From NCBI GenBank assembly GCA_045651625.1, contig JAZRST010000065.1:15668-79667 (forward strand): 64,000 bases of DNA, read 5' to 3'. This stretch comes from Acutalibacteraceae bacterium (GTDB taxonomy: Bacteria; Bacillota; Clostridia; Oscillospirales; Acutalibacteraceae). The position numbers and the translations under genes were made by a program. Each line of letters begins with the position of its first letter. The stretch's first letter is position 1. A model generated the notes under the pieces. It saw only the letters and a program-made list of their open reading frames with translations. It was not told where the DNA came from and searched no databases. This document shows, in pieces, positions 1 to 9,374 of this stretch.

Positions 1-61
1 TTACGTTATCCATTTCACCGTTATCAAAGCGTCCGCCGCCGAGAGCCACTATTTTACCCAT
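1..61 (-). CDS. 5' end of an unidentified CDS running off the left edge (MGKIVALGGGRFDNGEMDNV...)
   Basis: ATG at 59-61 on the minus strand. GAGGTGG lies a few nt upstream and overlaps the stop of the preceding gene. Only 20 codons are visible, so no product is assigned. Confidence 0.3.
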   Translation of the reverse strand, partial: MGKIVALGGGRFDNGEMDNV

Positions 62-70
62 TCTGCCACC

Positions 71-802
71 TCATACGTAGTAATTTATAAGTGAATAAAT
101 AATTGCAATAATAAGAGAGGGGAGCATATTTCCCACTCTGAATTTTTTGCCGAAGCAGATGTTTATGCCTACGCAGAAAATAAGCACGTTGCCCACAAGT
201 GACATATCTGCAATTACCGAACCCACAGAAAACAGCGGCTCGGCAAATTTTGAAAGTGCCGTAATTGTACCCTGAAAAATACCGATGGGGATAAATGCAA
301 AGATGCATCCCTTGCCGAGAGTTGAGGTCATTACGATTACAATAAGAAAATCAAGCAGAGCCTTAGCAAAAAGCGTTGCAGGATCACGGTTTATTCCGTC
401 CTCAATTGCACCTACAACAGCCATAGCTCCCACGCAGATTATAAGGGAGGTGTTGACAAATGCCCCCACAAAGCCCCCGTCCTCTGTGGCGTGAGCCTTT
501 ATTTTAAGCCATTTCCCGAATTTGTCGAGTCTGTCTTCAATTTTTATAAGCTCACCGAGAAGCGTGCCGATAATAAGTGAAATTATCATCATAAGCGCCT
601 TGTCGGTTGAAAGCGTGCCGTCAGCTTCTATTTTCAGAAGTCCCGAAAGCGCTCCCGAAATACCGATAAAAATAACAGCAACACCAGCAGTTTTCATAAG
701 TGAATCACGGATGTCGGACTTTATTTTCTTTCCGAAAACAAGACCTGCAATTCCTCCGAGTATAACGGCAATTATATTAACGATAGTACCAATTCCGGGC
801 AT
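71..802 (-). CDS. DUF554-family (YdfK/YqgA-like) polytopic membrane protein
   Basis: ORF 71..850. I prefer the internal ATG at 800-802 (MPGIGTIVNIIAVILGGIAGLVFGKKI...), the typical DUF554 N-terminus. The protein is hydrophobic throughout. Confidence 0.7.
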   Translation of the reverse strand: MPGIGTIVNIIAVILGGIAGLVFGKKIKSDIRDSLMKTAGVAVIFIGISGALSGLLKIEADGTLSTDKALMMIISLIIGTLLGELIKIEDRLDKFGKWLKIKAHATEDGGFVGAFVNTSLIICVGAMAVVGAIEDGINRDPATLFAKALLDFLIVIVMTSTLGKGCIFAFIPIGIFQGTITALSKFAEPLFSVGSVIADMSLVGNVLIFCVGINICFGKKFRVGNMLPSLIIAIIYSLINYYV

Positions 803-893
803 AATTTTTATTACTCTTCCTTTTTCATAATTTATTAATGAATATATCACAAAAAAATTAACTAATCAACACAAATAAATAAAACATTACACA

Positions 894-922
894 ATTGACT
901 ATATTTTTCAGTTGTGATATCA
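894..922 (+). promoter_or_regulatory. Sigma-70-type promoter for the IMPDH gene
   Basis: TTGACT (894-899), 17-nt spacer, TATCAT (917-922) with an upstream TGn extended -10. It sits ~35 nt before the AGGAG RBS and ATG at 958. Confidence 0.5.
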
Positions 923-957
923 TATAAGGAAAAGTAAGGATTAAAGGAGAGATTTTT

Positions 958-2463
958 ATGGCTTTTTATTACAGTGAACCTTCACATACCTTCAGCGAAT
1001 ATCTTTTAGTTCCCGGCTATACAGATGAAAACTGTGTACCCTCAAACGTTTCGCTTAAAACTCCTCTTGTGAAGTTCAGAAAGGGTGAAGAACCCGCAAT
1101 TTCACTTAACATTCCTATGATTTCCGCTATTATGCAGTCCGTATCAAACGATACTCTTGCTATTGCTCTTGCAAAAGAAGGCGGTATGTCATTCATCTAC
1201 GGTTCACAGACTATTGAAGACGAAGCAGCAATGGTTGCCCGTGTAAAGAATTATAAGGCAGGCTTTGTTGTAAGTGCCTCCAACCTTACTCCCGATAACA
1301 CTCTTCAGGATGTTGTTGAGCTTAAAGAGCTCAACGGCTTCTCAACAGTTGCTATTACTGATGACGGAACAGCAAACGGCAAGCTTTTAGGTATTGTTAC
1401 ATCCCGTGACTACAGAGTCAGCCGTATGAGCCCCGACCTCAAGGTCAAGGAGTTTATGACTCCCGTTGAAAAGCTCATCACTGCTCCCGCAGAAACAACT
1501 CTCAAGGAAGCAAACGACATCATCTGGGACAACAAGCTCAACTCTCTTCCCATTGTTGATAAGGCAGGAAACCTTATGTACTTCGTATTCCGTAAGGACT
1601 ATTCCCGTCATAAGAACAATCCCAACGAGCTTCTTGACAGCGATAAGAGATATATGGTTGGTGCAGGTATCAACACACGTGACTTTGCAGATCGTGTTCC
1701 CGCTCTTGTTGAAGCAGGTGCTGACGTGCTTTGTATCGACTCCTCAGAGGGCTATTCCTGGTGGCAGGCTAACACAATCAAGTGGATCCGTGAAAACTAC
1801 GGTGACACAGTAAAGCTAGCCCCAGGTAACGTTGTTGATAAGGAACGCTTCCTTTTCCTTGCAGAGGCAGGCGCAGACTTCATCAAGGTAGGTATCGGCG
1901 GCGGCTCAATCTGTATCACCCGTGAAACAAAGGGTATCGGCAGAGGTCAGGCTACAGCTATTATCGACGTTGCAAAGGCAAGAGACGAATACTACGAAAA
2001 GACAGGTGTTTATATTCCCATCTGCTCCGACGGCGGTATCGTTCACGATTACCACATCACACTTGCTCTCGCAATGGGCTCAGACTTCGTAATGCTCGGC
2101 AGATACTTCGCACGCTTTGACGAAAGCCCCACAAACAAGCTTATGGTCAACGGTGCTTACGTTAAGGAATACTGGGGTGAAGGCTCCAACCGTGCACGTA
2201 ACTGGCAGAGATATGACCTCGGCGGCAGCTCAAAGCTCTCCTTCGAAGAGGGTGTTGACTCCTACGTAACCTATGCAGGTCCTCTTCATGACAACGTTGA
2301 AAAGAGCCTTTACAAGGTTAAATCCACAATGTGTAACTGCGGTGCTCTCACTATCCCCGAGCTTCAGGATAAGGCAAAGCTTACACTTGTTTCATCCGTA
2401 AGTATCGTAGAGGGCGGCTATCACGACGTTACTCTTCGTACAACCTCAAATTCAAGAAACTGA
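958..2463 (+). CDS. guaB: IMP dehydrogenase (CBS-domain-containing, clostridial ~500-aa type)
   Basis: 501 aa. Central CBS pair region, catalytic loop [25 protein letters not shown]-terminal EGG..HDV. AGGAGAG RBS upstream. Confidence 0.88.
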   Translation: MAFYYSEPSHTFSEYLLVPGYTDENCVPSNVSLKTPLVKFRKGEEPAISLNIPMISAIMQSVSNDTLAIALAKEGGMSFIYGSQTIEDEAAMVARVKNYKAGFVVSASNLTPDNTLQDVVELKELNGFSTVAITDDGTANGKLLGIVTSRDYRVSRMSPDLKVKEFMTPVEKLITAPAETTLKEANDIIWDNKLNSLPIVDKAGNLMYFVFRKDYSRHKNNPNELLDSDKRYMVGAGINTRDFADRVPALVEAGADVLCIDSSEGYSWWQANTIKWIRENYGDTVKLAPGNVVDKERFLFLAEAGADFIKVGIGGGSICITRETKGIGRGQATAIIDVAKARDEYYEKTGVYIPICSDGGIVHDYHITLALAMGSDFVMLGRYFARFDESPTNKLMVNGAYVKEYWGEGSNRARNWQRYDLGGSSKLSFEEGVDSYVTYAGPLHDNVEKSLYKVKSTMCNCGALTIPELQDKAKLTLVSSVSIVEGGYHDVTLRTTSNSRN

Positions 2464-2475
2464 TAAATACAAAAA

Positions 2476-2500
2476 AGCGATGTGCTTCAAGCACATCGCT
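2476..2500. terminator. Bidirectional rho-independent terminator between guaB and the convergent XRE gene
   Basis: Perfect hairpin AGCGATGTGC-ttcaa-GCACATCGCT, flanked by an A-run upstream and a T-rich run downstream. Confidence 0.6.
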
Positions 2501-2509
2501 TTAACTTTT

Positions 2510-2743
2510 TTAAGGCGTATTAGTTCTTCCGAGAATATAGTCGGTTGTTGTATTATATAACTGAGCTAAACGAATCAGAATATCAGTAGGAATATCACGT
2601 AAGCCGCGTTCATAGCGGTTATATTGCGGTTGTTTCATTCCTAAGTACTCAGCAACTTCTCTTTGCGACATATCGTGGTCTTCACGTAAGTCTCGCAATC
2701 TTGGATAAAAATTATCCACATTGACACCATCTTTCATAACCAT
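2510..2743 (-). CDS. XRE/Cro-family helix-turn-helix transcriptional regulator (77 aa)
   Basis: MSQREVAEYLGMKQPQYNRYERGLRDIPTDILIRLAQLYNTTTDYILGR is a canonical HTH_3 signature. The DNA is AT-rich relative to its neighbours. Confidence 0.85.
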   Translation of the reverse strand: MVMKDGVNVDNFYPRLRDLREDHDMSQREVAEYLGMKQPQYNRYERGLRDIPTDILIRLAQLYNTTTDYILGRTNTP

Positions 2744-2749
2744 TTGGTA

Positions 2750-2808
2750 TTGACATCATATCACGGCAGATATATAATAATGTAAATATATAACCGTATG
2801 GTTATAAT
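2750..2808 (+). promoter_or_regulatory. Consensus promoter plus 6-4-6 inverted repeat (candidate operator) upstream of the small membrane protein gene
   Basis: TTGACA (2750-2755), 17 nt, TATAAT (2773-2778), then ATAACC-gtat-GGTTAT at 2790-2805. This lies in the divergent region shared with the XRE gene. Confidence 0.5.
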
Positions 2809-2823
2809 GGAAGGTTGATACAA

Positions 2824-3117
2824 ATGAACAGAATTAAATCATTTATTATGGATTTGCTATTTTTTTTAGTTATTCTGTTAATTATACATGGTCTTTGTTC
2901 GATTAATTCTGATAGTGAAATTGAAACAGAAAATATAGTTGAAGTTACTGTTGAGAATGCTTCTTCTTCTGAAACAGAGATGATGGTTTGGATACCTACT
3001 AAAGGTGGTAAAAAATATCACTGCATGGCTGAATGCAGTCAAATGGGTGGACCTGTTCAAGTTACAGTAACTGAAGCAATTGCAGTAGGATTTAAGCCAT
3101 GCGGAAAATGCTATTGA
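2824..3117 (+). CDS. Small membrane-anchored protein with a C-terminal Ada-like Cys-rich (Zn-binding-type) motif
   Basis: ORF 2815..3117. ATG at 2824 lies 9 nt after GGAAGG. N-terminal TM (LLFFLVILLIIHGL). The C-terminus KYHCMAECSQMGG...AIAVGFKPCGKCY resembles the Ada N-terminal metal-binding motif (A..GF+PC.+C). Confidence 0.55.
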   Translation: MNRIKSFIMDLLFFLVILLIIHGLCSINSDSEIETENIVEVTVENASSSETEMMVWIPTKGGKKYHCMAECSQMGGPVQVTVTEAIAVGFKPCGKCY

Positions 3118-3134
3118 AAAAAGACAAAAAATGA

Positions 3135-3180
3135 AAAGGTTATATCTGTACCGGTGCGGTATTAAGATATAACCTTTTTT
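3135..3180. terminator. Bidirectional terminator (12-bp perfect stem)
   Basis: AAGGTTATATCT (3135-3146) pairs with AGATATAACCTT (3164-3175), followed by T7. An A-rich run upstream lets it serve convergent proC. Confidence 0.6.
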
Positions 3181-3197
3181 TGTTAGTTGATAAAATA

Positions 3198-3998
3198 TTA
3201 TTTCAATTCAAGTGTTCTTTTGTAAGCAGAAGTTACTGCATTAATTGCGGCACTTCTGAAGCCGCCGTCCTCAAGTGCATGGACACCTGCAATTGTTGTA
3301 CCTCCGGGGGAGCATACGGCATCCTTTAAGGCACCGGGATGATTTCCCGTTTTCAGCACCATATCGGCAGAGCCCGAAAGCATTTTTGCCGCATACATCA
3401 TTGCTTTATCTCTCGGCACACCGCATTCAACAGCACCGTCTGCAAGAGCCTCAATGAACATATAAGCGAATGCGGGTCCGCAGCCCGATACCGCACTTGC
3501 GGCATCAATTTTATTTTCGTCAATTTTATCAAGAAGACCTGCTCCCGACATGGCATTCACGAAATAATCAACCTGATTGTCCGACACAGCTTCATTACTG
3601 CAGTAAAGAATGACGCCTTCACCTATAAGAGCGGGAGTGTTTGGCATAATTCTGATAACGGGCATTTCCTTGCCTGAAAGCGTACAGAGCTTTTCTATGG
3701 AGGTGCCTGCCGCCATTGAAACAAGAACAGGGTCACATTCATTGAAAAGGGGAGCGAGGTCTGTGAATAATTCAGAAAGCATCTGAGGCTTTACGCCGAT
3801 GAAAACGTATTCACTTTCCTTAACAAGGGTATCAAGTGCCGTTACTGTTACGTTTTCATACTTGTTTTCATAGCTTTTTGCTTTGTCTTCAAAAACATCA
3901 TAAACCGCGAAATTTTCCGATGTGTTGCCGTTTGCGGCGGCTGTGAGTAAAGCACCGCCCATATTACCGGCACCGATAAAACCGAATTTATAAGTCAT
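3198..3998 (-). CDS. proC: Pyrroline-5-carboxylate reductase
   Basis: 266 aa. N-terminal FGFIGAGNMGGAL Rossmann motif. C-terminal SPGGTTIAG signature. GGAGG RBS. Confidence 0.9.
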   Translation of the reverse strand: MTYKFGFIGAGNMGGALLTAAANGNTSENFAVYDVFEDKAKSYENKYENVTVTALDTLVKESEYVFIGVKPQMLSELFTDLAPLFNECDPVLVSMAAGTSIEKLCTLSGKEMPVIRIMPNTPALIGEGVILYCSNEAVSDNQVDYFVNAMSGAGLLDKIDENKIDAASAVSGCGPAFAYMFIEALADGAVECGVPRDKAMMYAAKMLSGSADMVLKTGNHPGALKDAVCSPGGTTIAGVHALEDGGFRSAAINAVTSAYKRTLELK

Positions 3999-4010
3999 AG
4001 CAGTTCCTCC

Positions 4011-5267
4011 TTATCTTATCTGTCCGTTACCGGAAATGATATATTTGTAGGTTGTAAGCTCCTTAAGTCCCATAGGACCGCGGGCGTGTAATTTTTGTGT
4101 TGAAATACCGATTTCACAGCCAAGTCCGAATTCACCGCCGTCGGTAAATCTTGTTGAAGCGTTGTGATAAACGGAGGAGGAATCAACAAGCGCCGTGAAA
4201 AGCTTAGCGTTTTCTTCGTTTTCGGTCACAATGCAGTCAGAATGCTTTGTGGAATGAGCGCTTATGTGGTCAATTGCCTCACTGACGCTGTTTACTGCCT
4301 TTACGGCTAAAATATAGTCAAGGAATTCCGTATCGAAATCCTTTTCTCCTGCAGGGGTGCCTTCAATAATTTCACTGCAGTAGCCGTCAAGGCGAAGCTC
4401 TACGGGGGGAAGACCTGCATCCTTTCTGTTATCTACCAGTTTTTCTCTTAATTTCGGCAGAAATTCCTTTGCAACGGCCTTGTTGACAAGAATTACCTCG
4501 CAGGCGTTACAAACGGAGGGACGGCTTGTTTTGGCGTTGTTTACGATATCGAGAGCCTTGCTGAGGTCAGCGTGCTCGTCAATATATATATGGCATATAC
4601 CCGTGCCCGTCTGTATGCAGGGGACCTTGGCATTGCTGACGCAGGCAGATATAAGTCCTGCACCGCCTCGGGGAATAAGAAGGTCAACGTATTCTGTTGC
4701 GGTCATAAGCTCGTTTGCAGAGTCACGGGAGGTATCCTGAATAAGATTTATGAGATTTTCGGGAAGACCGCACTTCTTAAGTCCCTTTCTCATTGCTTCA
4801 AGAATAGCGTTTGAGGAACGAAAGGCCTCTTTTCCCGAACGAAGCACGGATACGTTTCCGCTTTTGAGTGAGAGTGCCGCCGCATCGGAGGTAACGTTGG
4901 GACGGGATTCGTAAATCATAGCAACAACGCCCATAGGCACGGAGGTTTTCTTTATTACAAGTCCGTTGGGACGATTTACCGTTTCAAGCACCTCACCTAC
5001 GGGGTCGGGAAGCTTCACAACGTCACGGATTCCGTCTGCCATTCCCTTGATTCTTTCCGCTGTCAGGGTAAGTCTGTCAATCATTACGGGGCTTATTCTG
5101 TCTTTTGAAGCCTCGATATCGAGTGCATTTTCTCTGAGAATATCCTCTGAATTGTCTTCAAGGGCATCTGCCATAGAGAGCAGTGCCTCGTTTTTCTGTT
5201 CTGTGGTAAGAGTAAGTATTGTTTTTACCGCTTCTTTTGCAGATTTCAGTATTTCGGTTGTTGTCAT
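4011..5267 (-). CDS. proA: Glutamate-5-semialdehyde dehydrogenase (gamma-glutamyl phosphate reductase)
   Basis: 418 aa aldehyde-dehydrogenase fold, with [10 protein letters not shown] and [15 protein letters not shown] motifs. Its start overlaps the proB stop (ATGA). Confidence 0.92.
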   Translation of the reverse strand: MTTTEILKSAKEAVKTILTLTTEQKNEALLSMADALEDNSEDILRENALDIEASKDRISPVMIDRLTLTAERIKGMADGIRDVVKLPDPVGEVLETVNRPNGLVIKKTSVPMGVVAMIYESRPNVTSDAAALSLKSGNVSVLRSGKEAFRSSNAILEAMRKGLKKCGLPENLINLIQDTSRDSANELMTATEYVDLLIPRGGAGLISACVSNAKVPCIQTGTGICHIYIDEHADLSKALDIVNNAKTSRPSVCNACEVILVNKAVAKEFLPKLREKLVDNRKDAGLPPVELRLDGYCSEIIEGTPAGEKDFDTEFLDYILAVKAVNSVSEAIDHISAHSTKHSDCIVTENEENAKLFTALVDSSSVYHNASTRFTDGGEFGLGCEIGISTQKLHARGPMGLKELTTYKYIISGNGQIR

Positions 5268-6040
5268 TTTGTTTCCCTCTTGCTGATAAATCTTGTTCCT
5301 ACACTTTTTCCGTCGGCAATATCGTAAAGAATACCGGGATTCTGTCCGTTTGTGATTATCATATCCGTACCGCTTGCAGTACAGATTTCGGCCGCGTGGA
5401 GCTTTGTTCTCATACCGCCCGTGCCGAGTGCCGAGCCTGCATCACCGCCGAGGGACATAATTTCATCGGAAATTTCCCTGATTTCGGGGATAAGGGAAGC
5501 ATCGGGATTCTTATGGGGATCAGCGGTGTAAAGACCGTCGATATCGCTCATAAGAACAAGCAAATCAGCATTTATGCTTTCTGCAACAAGGGCGGAAAGG
5601 GTGTCGTTATCACCTACGCTTATTTCGTCCGTTGCAACAGTATCGTTTTCATTGATAATGGGAAGAACGTCAAGCTCAAGGATTCTCATCATTGTGTTTA
5701 TGAAATTCTGATGTCTGTCCTCGCGACGGAAGTCTGAGCCCGTAAGAAGAATCTGTGCCACTGTATGATTGTATTCCGAGAAAAGCTTGTCGTAGGTGTA
5801 CATAAGCTCACACTGACCGACTGCCGCCGCAGCCTGCTTGGTGGGAATATCCGAGGGCTTGCCCTTAAGGGAAAGCTTGCCTGCTCCCATGCCAATTGCG
5901 CCCGAGGAAACAAGAATAACCTCGTGGCCGCTGTTTTTCAGGTCACTCATAACCTTTACGAGCTCCTCGACTCTTCTTATGTTGAGTCTGCCCGTTGAGT
6001 GTGCCAGTGTTGATGTGCCGATTTTTATAACGATTCTCAT
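5264..6040 (-). CDS. proB: Glutamate 5-kinase (short form without PUA domain)
   Basis: 258 aa. [10 protein letters not shown]..., VSSGAIGMG and GTGGMRTKL motifs of the amino-acid kinase family. Confidence 0.92.
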   Translation of the reverse strand: MRIVIKIGTSTLAHSTGRLNIRRVEELVKVMSDLKNSGHEVILVSSGAIGMGAGKLSLKGKPSDIPTKQAAAAVGQCELMYTYDKLFSEYNHTVAQILLTGSDFRREDRHQNFINTMMRILELDVLPIINENDTVATDEISVGDNDTLSALVAESINADLLVLMSDIDGLYTADPHKNPDASLIPEIREISDEIMSLGGDAGSALGTGGMRTKLHAAEICTASGTDMIITNGQNPGILYDIADGKSVGTRFISKRETK

Positions 6041-6096
6041 AATTTCTGCTCCGTGTAGTATTAGTGCTTTACTGTAGTAAATTGATATAATATCTT

Positions 6097-6125
6097 ATTA
6101 TAACTGTATTTGCAGTCAAGGTCAA
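6097..6125 (-). promoter_or_regulatory. Promoter of proBAC
   Basis: On the minus strand: TTGACC (6120-6125), 17 nt, TATAAT (6097-6102). The leader is ~55 nt, which leaves no room for a T-box. Confidence 0.5.
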
Positions 6126-6140
6126 TATGCTATATATTAA

Positions 6141-6193
6141 AAAATAAAGAATAAAACAAAACGGATACCGCTCCTTTCGGGAGAGATATCCGC
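6141..6193 (-). terminator. Rho-independent terminator of the lysin gene
   Basis: Minus strand: imperfect GC-rich hairpin (CGGATATCTCTCCC-gaaa-GGAGCGGTATCCG) followed by TTTTGTTTTATT. Confidence 0.5.
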
Positions 6194-6236
6194 TGAATAT
6201 CTTTAATTCTGTCAAAATCGGCTGTTGAACGCTTTT

Positions 6237-8135
6237 TTATGACACAGCCTCAACGAGGATTGATCTTGCGTCTGAACTGTCGATTTTGCCGTTTTTATCA
6301 AGATCTCCGACCTTTACCTGAAGAGAGGTAGGCTTGTCGAGGGCGACGGAGAATCTTAAAGCAAGTCTTGAGTCGGAGGCGGAAACCTTACCGTCGAAAT
6401 CAAGGTCGCCTGCTTCAATAAGACCGCTTTCGAATTTTTCGCCGTTAATGAGGGCAGGGTAGTCAACGTAAAGGCGGTTAAGGTCGATATCCTTGTTTGA
6501 TGCACCCTTAAGTCTTCCGTCTTCGGTGTACTGCCACATATCAACTCTGCCGTTGTAGCAGCAGACGTCTGTGCCCCATTCTGCAATCCACGCTGAGCGG
6601 CCTTCAAAGGTTTCGGGCTTTACGTGGGTCTCTGCAAATGAGCTGCTTACGTAGATACCTGACATATAGCCTGCGGCTTCAATAGTCTTGCAGAATTCGT
6701 CAAGCACCATTGAGCAGACCTCTTTACCTGCTTTAAGGTGAGATTTGTCATTGCCGAAGTCTTCCATATCGATATATACGGGAAGGTCAAGCTGACAATT
6801 GTTGATTTCGAGAACGTCAAGAGTATACTGAGCTTCTTCAATTGCTTCTGCCTTTGTGAGAGCGTAGCTGAAGAAATATACGCCTATATGCATATCAGCA
6901 GCCTTTGCTGCCTTGTAATGCTGGAGGAAGGACTGGTCGGAATAGATTTTTCTGCCGTTAGCAGAGCCTCTTCCGCCGATACGGATGATAACACCCTTGA
7001 CACCTTCACTCTTGAGCTGCATCCAATCGAGATCGGAGGGAGCCTGAGAGTAGGAGATATCCATTACAAGCCAGTCAACCTCGGGATTGAATTCAACGCT
7101 CCAGTTAAGGCTTATCCAGCCTGTAACACCGCCGAAATTCACTTTGCCCCAGTTGTCGTCGGATACCTCAAGAACCTCAATAAGAGTTCCTGCGGGAACT
7201 GAACCGATAATTCTGCTGCTTGTGGTGTAATCCTCTCTGATATTCATATCAGATGTAACTCTGTACTGCTTGTTTTCTGAGGGAGTTGCAGGTGTTGAAG
7301 GAGTCTGTGTATTTGTGTTGCCCTCATTTTCCTCTGTTGAAGGAGTCTGTGCAGAGGGCTTGTACTCGCTGTATTCAAGTGAAATCCAGCCTGTCTGTCC
7401 TTCATAAACTGTTTTTCCCCATACACCCTCAATAGCTGTGATCTGAAGAAGAGTGCCTGCGGGGATTGTGCAGAGAACCGTTGAACCGGGCTCCTTGCGG
7501 AAATTCATTATTTCCTTGGTTTCGTATGTGCCTGCCTTGTAGGTCTGTGTTGTAACCGTGCCTTCAAGCTCGATACCTTCGTATCGGGGTGTTGCGAAGC
7601 CTGTAATATAATTTGTATACTTTCTGTCTATCTGACGTACTCTGTCAGGACAGTTTCCTTCAATGCAGGTAACGTAGGAAGATGTAGCTTCAAGAACAAA
7701 ACCGATGTGAGTGATGTTGTTCTGGCTTCTCTGATAAGTGTTTGTGCTGGTGAAGAATACAAGGTCACCCTTTTTGGGGATGTAATTACCGCCGTAAGAA
7801 GTGGAAAGGTGGTAAAGTCCCTGTGACTTGAAGTAGTCACGCATTGCTGTGCTTGAAAGATTTGTGGGGATAACACTCTGAGGAATTCCGGTTGTTCTTG
7901 CACACCAGGAAACGAATGCTCCGCACCAGGGACCCTGATAGTTAAAGTATGCTCCGTACTTTGAATACTCGTTTGCGCCTTCCGTATAGCCGACCTGAGA
8001 AGAAGCCGTTGCCATAATAGCGTCTGCGCCGTTGACCTTTTCTGTTTCGTCTGCACTTGCAATAACTAAACCTGAAAGGCTTAAAGCAAGCGCCAGAACT
8101 ACACTCAAAGCTCTGAGCATTAAATTTTTATGCAT
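6237..8135 (-). CDS. Secreted multidomain peptidoglycan hydrolase: signal peptide, CHAP-like amidase/peptidase, 2x SH3b, GH25 muramidase, dockerin
   Basis: I prefer the ATG at 8133-8135 (MHKNLMLRALSVVLALALSL), which has GGAGG 7 nt upstream.
- CHAP: GPWCGAFVSWC ... ITHIGFV
- Two SH3b units ending GWISL
- GH25: MDISYSQ...GVIIRIG...VYIDMED
- C-terminal dockerin: GDLDFDGKVSASDSRLALR...GDLDKNGKIDSSDARSIL. Confidence 0.85.
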   Translation of the reverse strand: MHKNLMLRALSVVLALALSLSGLVIASADETEKVNGADAIMATASSQVGYTEGANEYSKYGAYFNYQGPWCGAFVSWCARTTGIPQSVIPTNLSSTAMRDYFKSQGLYHLSTSYGGNYIPKKGDLVFFTSTNTYQRSQNNITHIGFVLEATSSYVTCIEGNCPDRVRQIDRKYTNYITGFATPRYEGIELEGTVTTQTYKAGTYETKEIMNFRKEPGSTVLCTIPAGTLLQITAIEGVWGKTVYEGQTGWISLEYSEYKPSAQTPSTEENEGNTNTQTPSTPATPSENKQYRVTSDMNIREDYTTSSRIIGSVPAGTLIEVLEVSDDNWGKVNFGGVTGWISLNWSVEFNPEVDWLVMDISYSQAPSDLDWMQLKSEGVKGVIIRIGGRGSANGRKIYSDQSFLQHYKAAKAADMHIGVYFFSYALTKAEAIEEAQYTLDVLEINNCQLDLPVYIDMEDFGNDKSHLKAGKEVCSMVLDEFCKTIEAAGYMSGIYVSSSFAETHVKPETFEGRSAWIAEWGTDVCCYNGRVDMWQYTEDGRLKGASNKDIDLNRLYVDYPALINGEKFESGLIEAGDLDFDGKVSASDSRLALRFSVALDKPTSLQVKVGDLDKNGKIDSSDARSILVEAVS

Positions 8136-8271
8136 TAAAAAACCTCCGAATATTTGAACATAATTCAAACCATTGATTTTCGCAACACGGCTATTATGCC
8201 TTATTTTACATAAAAAAGCAAGTAAAAAATTACAAAAAGTTACAAATTGGAAGCAACTTTGTTAACAATCA

Positions 8272-8297
8272 ATAAAAAAAGGCGGTTTAACACCGCC
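8272..8297 (-). terminator. Rho-independent terminator after ispG
   Basis: Minus strand: GGCGGT-gttaa-ACCGCC followed by T7. Confidence 0.6.
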
Positions 8298-8325
8298 TTT
8301 ATGTCAATATGTACAAGGAAATATT

Positions 8326-9369
8326 TTACAGTTTGTTTATTTCATTCAAAAGCTCTGTAAACAAATCTTCCTCTTTTACTTTCTTGAGAATTTCACCTTT
8401 TCTGAAAATAAGACCTTCTCCGTTACCGCCTGCAACACCGATATCAGCCTCTTTTGCTTCACCGGGACCGTTTACGATACAGCCCATAACTGCAACGGTA
8501 ATGTTCTTATCACAGCCTCTTAATGCTTCCTCAACCTTGCCTGCAAGACCTATAAGGTCAATTTTTGTTCTTCCGCAGGTGGGACAGGAAACAAGATTCA
8601 CGCCCGTTTTGCGAAGTCCTGCAGCCTTCAGTATATCAAAGCCTGCGTAAACCTCCTTTACGGGAGGTGCCGTAAGGGATACTCTTATGGTGTCACCGAT
8701 GCCGTCAAGCAGAAGTGAGCCTATTCCCATTGCGGATTTGATAAGGCCCATTCTTTCCGTGCCTGCCTCCGTTACGCCGATGTGAAGAGGGTAGTCGGCT
8801 TTTTCAGCCATAAGGCGGTATGCCTTGCAGGTTGTCGTAACGTCTGAGGATTTTATGGAAATCACAATATCGTCAAAATCAAATTTTTCTAAAAGACCTA
8901 CGTGATAAAGGGCACTTTCAACGAGAGCCTCGGCAACGGGTGCGCCGTATTTTGCAAGAATCTCTTTTTCAACGGAGCCTGAATTTACGCCGATTCTTAT
9001 GGGCACGCCCCTTCTTTTACATTCGTCCGCAACAGCCTTTACTCTTTCGTCGGAGCCGATGTTGCCGGGGTTGATTCTTATTTTATCAACACCTGCCGCA
9101 AGGGATTCGAGTGCCATTCTGTAATCGAAGTGAATATCCGCAACAACGGGAATGCTAACGTTCTCCTTAAGAGCCGCAATTGTTTTCACTGCATTCATAT
9201 CGGGCACGGTTGCTCTGATTATCTCACAGCCTGCCGCTTCAAGCTCCTTTGCCTGAAGAACGGATGCCTCAATATCTCCCGAGGGCGTGTTGAGCATTGA
9301 CTGTACTCTTACGGGCGCACCGCCGCCGATAACGAAATCTTTTATTTTTACCTGCTTTTTACTTGCCAT
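8326..9369 (-). CDS. ispG: 4-hydroxy-3-methylbut-2-en-1-yl diphosphate synthase (flavodoxin), MEP pathway
   Basis: 347 aa. VRVQSMLNT, RINPGNIG, and the C-terminal CPTCGR...GCIVNGPGE Fe-S motif. Confidence 0.93.
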   Translation of the reverse strand: MASKKQVKIKDFVIGGGAPVRVQSMLNTPSGDIEASVLQAKELEAAGCEIIRATVPDMNAVKTIAALKENVSIPVVADIHFDYRMALESLAAGVDKIRINPGNIGSDERVKAVADECKRRGVPIRIGVNSGSVEKEILAKYGAPVAEALVESALYHVGLLEKFDFDDIVISIKSSDVTTTCKAYRLMAEKADYPLHIGVTEAGTERMGLIKSAMGIGSLLLDGIGDTIRVSLTAPPVKEVYAGFDILKAAGLRKTGVNLVSCPTCGRTKIDLIGLAGKVEEALRGCDKNITVAVMGCIVNGPGEAKEADIGVAGGNGEGLIFRKGEILKKVKEEDLFTELLNEINKL

Positions 9370-9374
9370 TTAAA

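Noticed and set aside
2510-3117. XRE plus small-protein pair as a toxin-antitoxin module.
   Set aside because: The genes are divergent rather than co-transcribed. The small protein is a membrane-anchored Cys-motif protein with no recognisable toxin fold.
5219-5737. Long antisense ORFs opposite well-supported genes: 5219..5737 (+), 16036..16524 (+), 17564..18067 (+), 34402..35133 (+), 36556..37140 (+), 45521..46075 (-), 49287..49883 (-) and 52618..53181 (+).
   Set aside because: Each lies entirely within a strongly supported CDS on the other strand. Each lacks an RBS and has the skewed composition typical of the antisense frame of coding DNA. No domain-like motifs were seen.
6041-6236. Possible T-box or attenuator leader upstream of proBAC.
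   Set aside because: A good promoter lies only ~55 nt from the start codon. No specifier hairpin or T-box sequence is visible. The obvious hairpin in this gap is the terminator of the upstream lysin gene.
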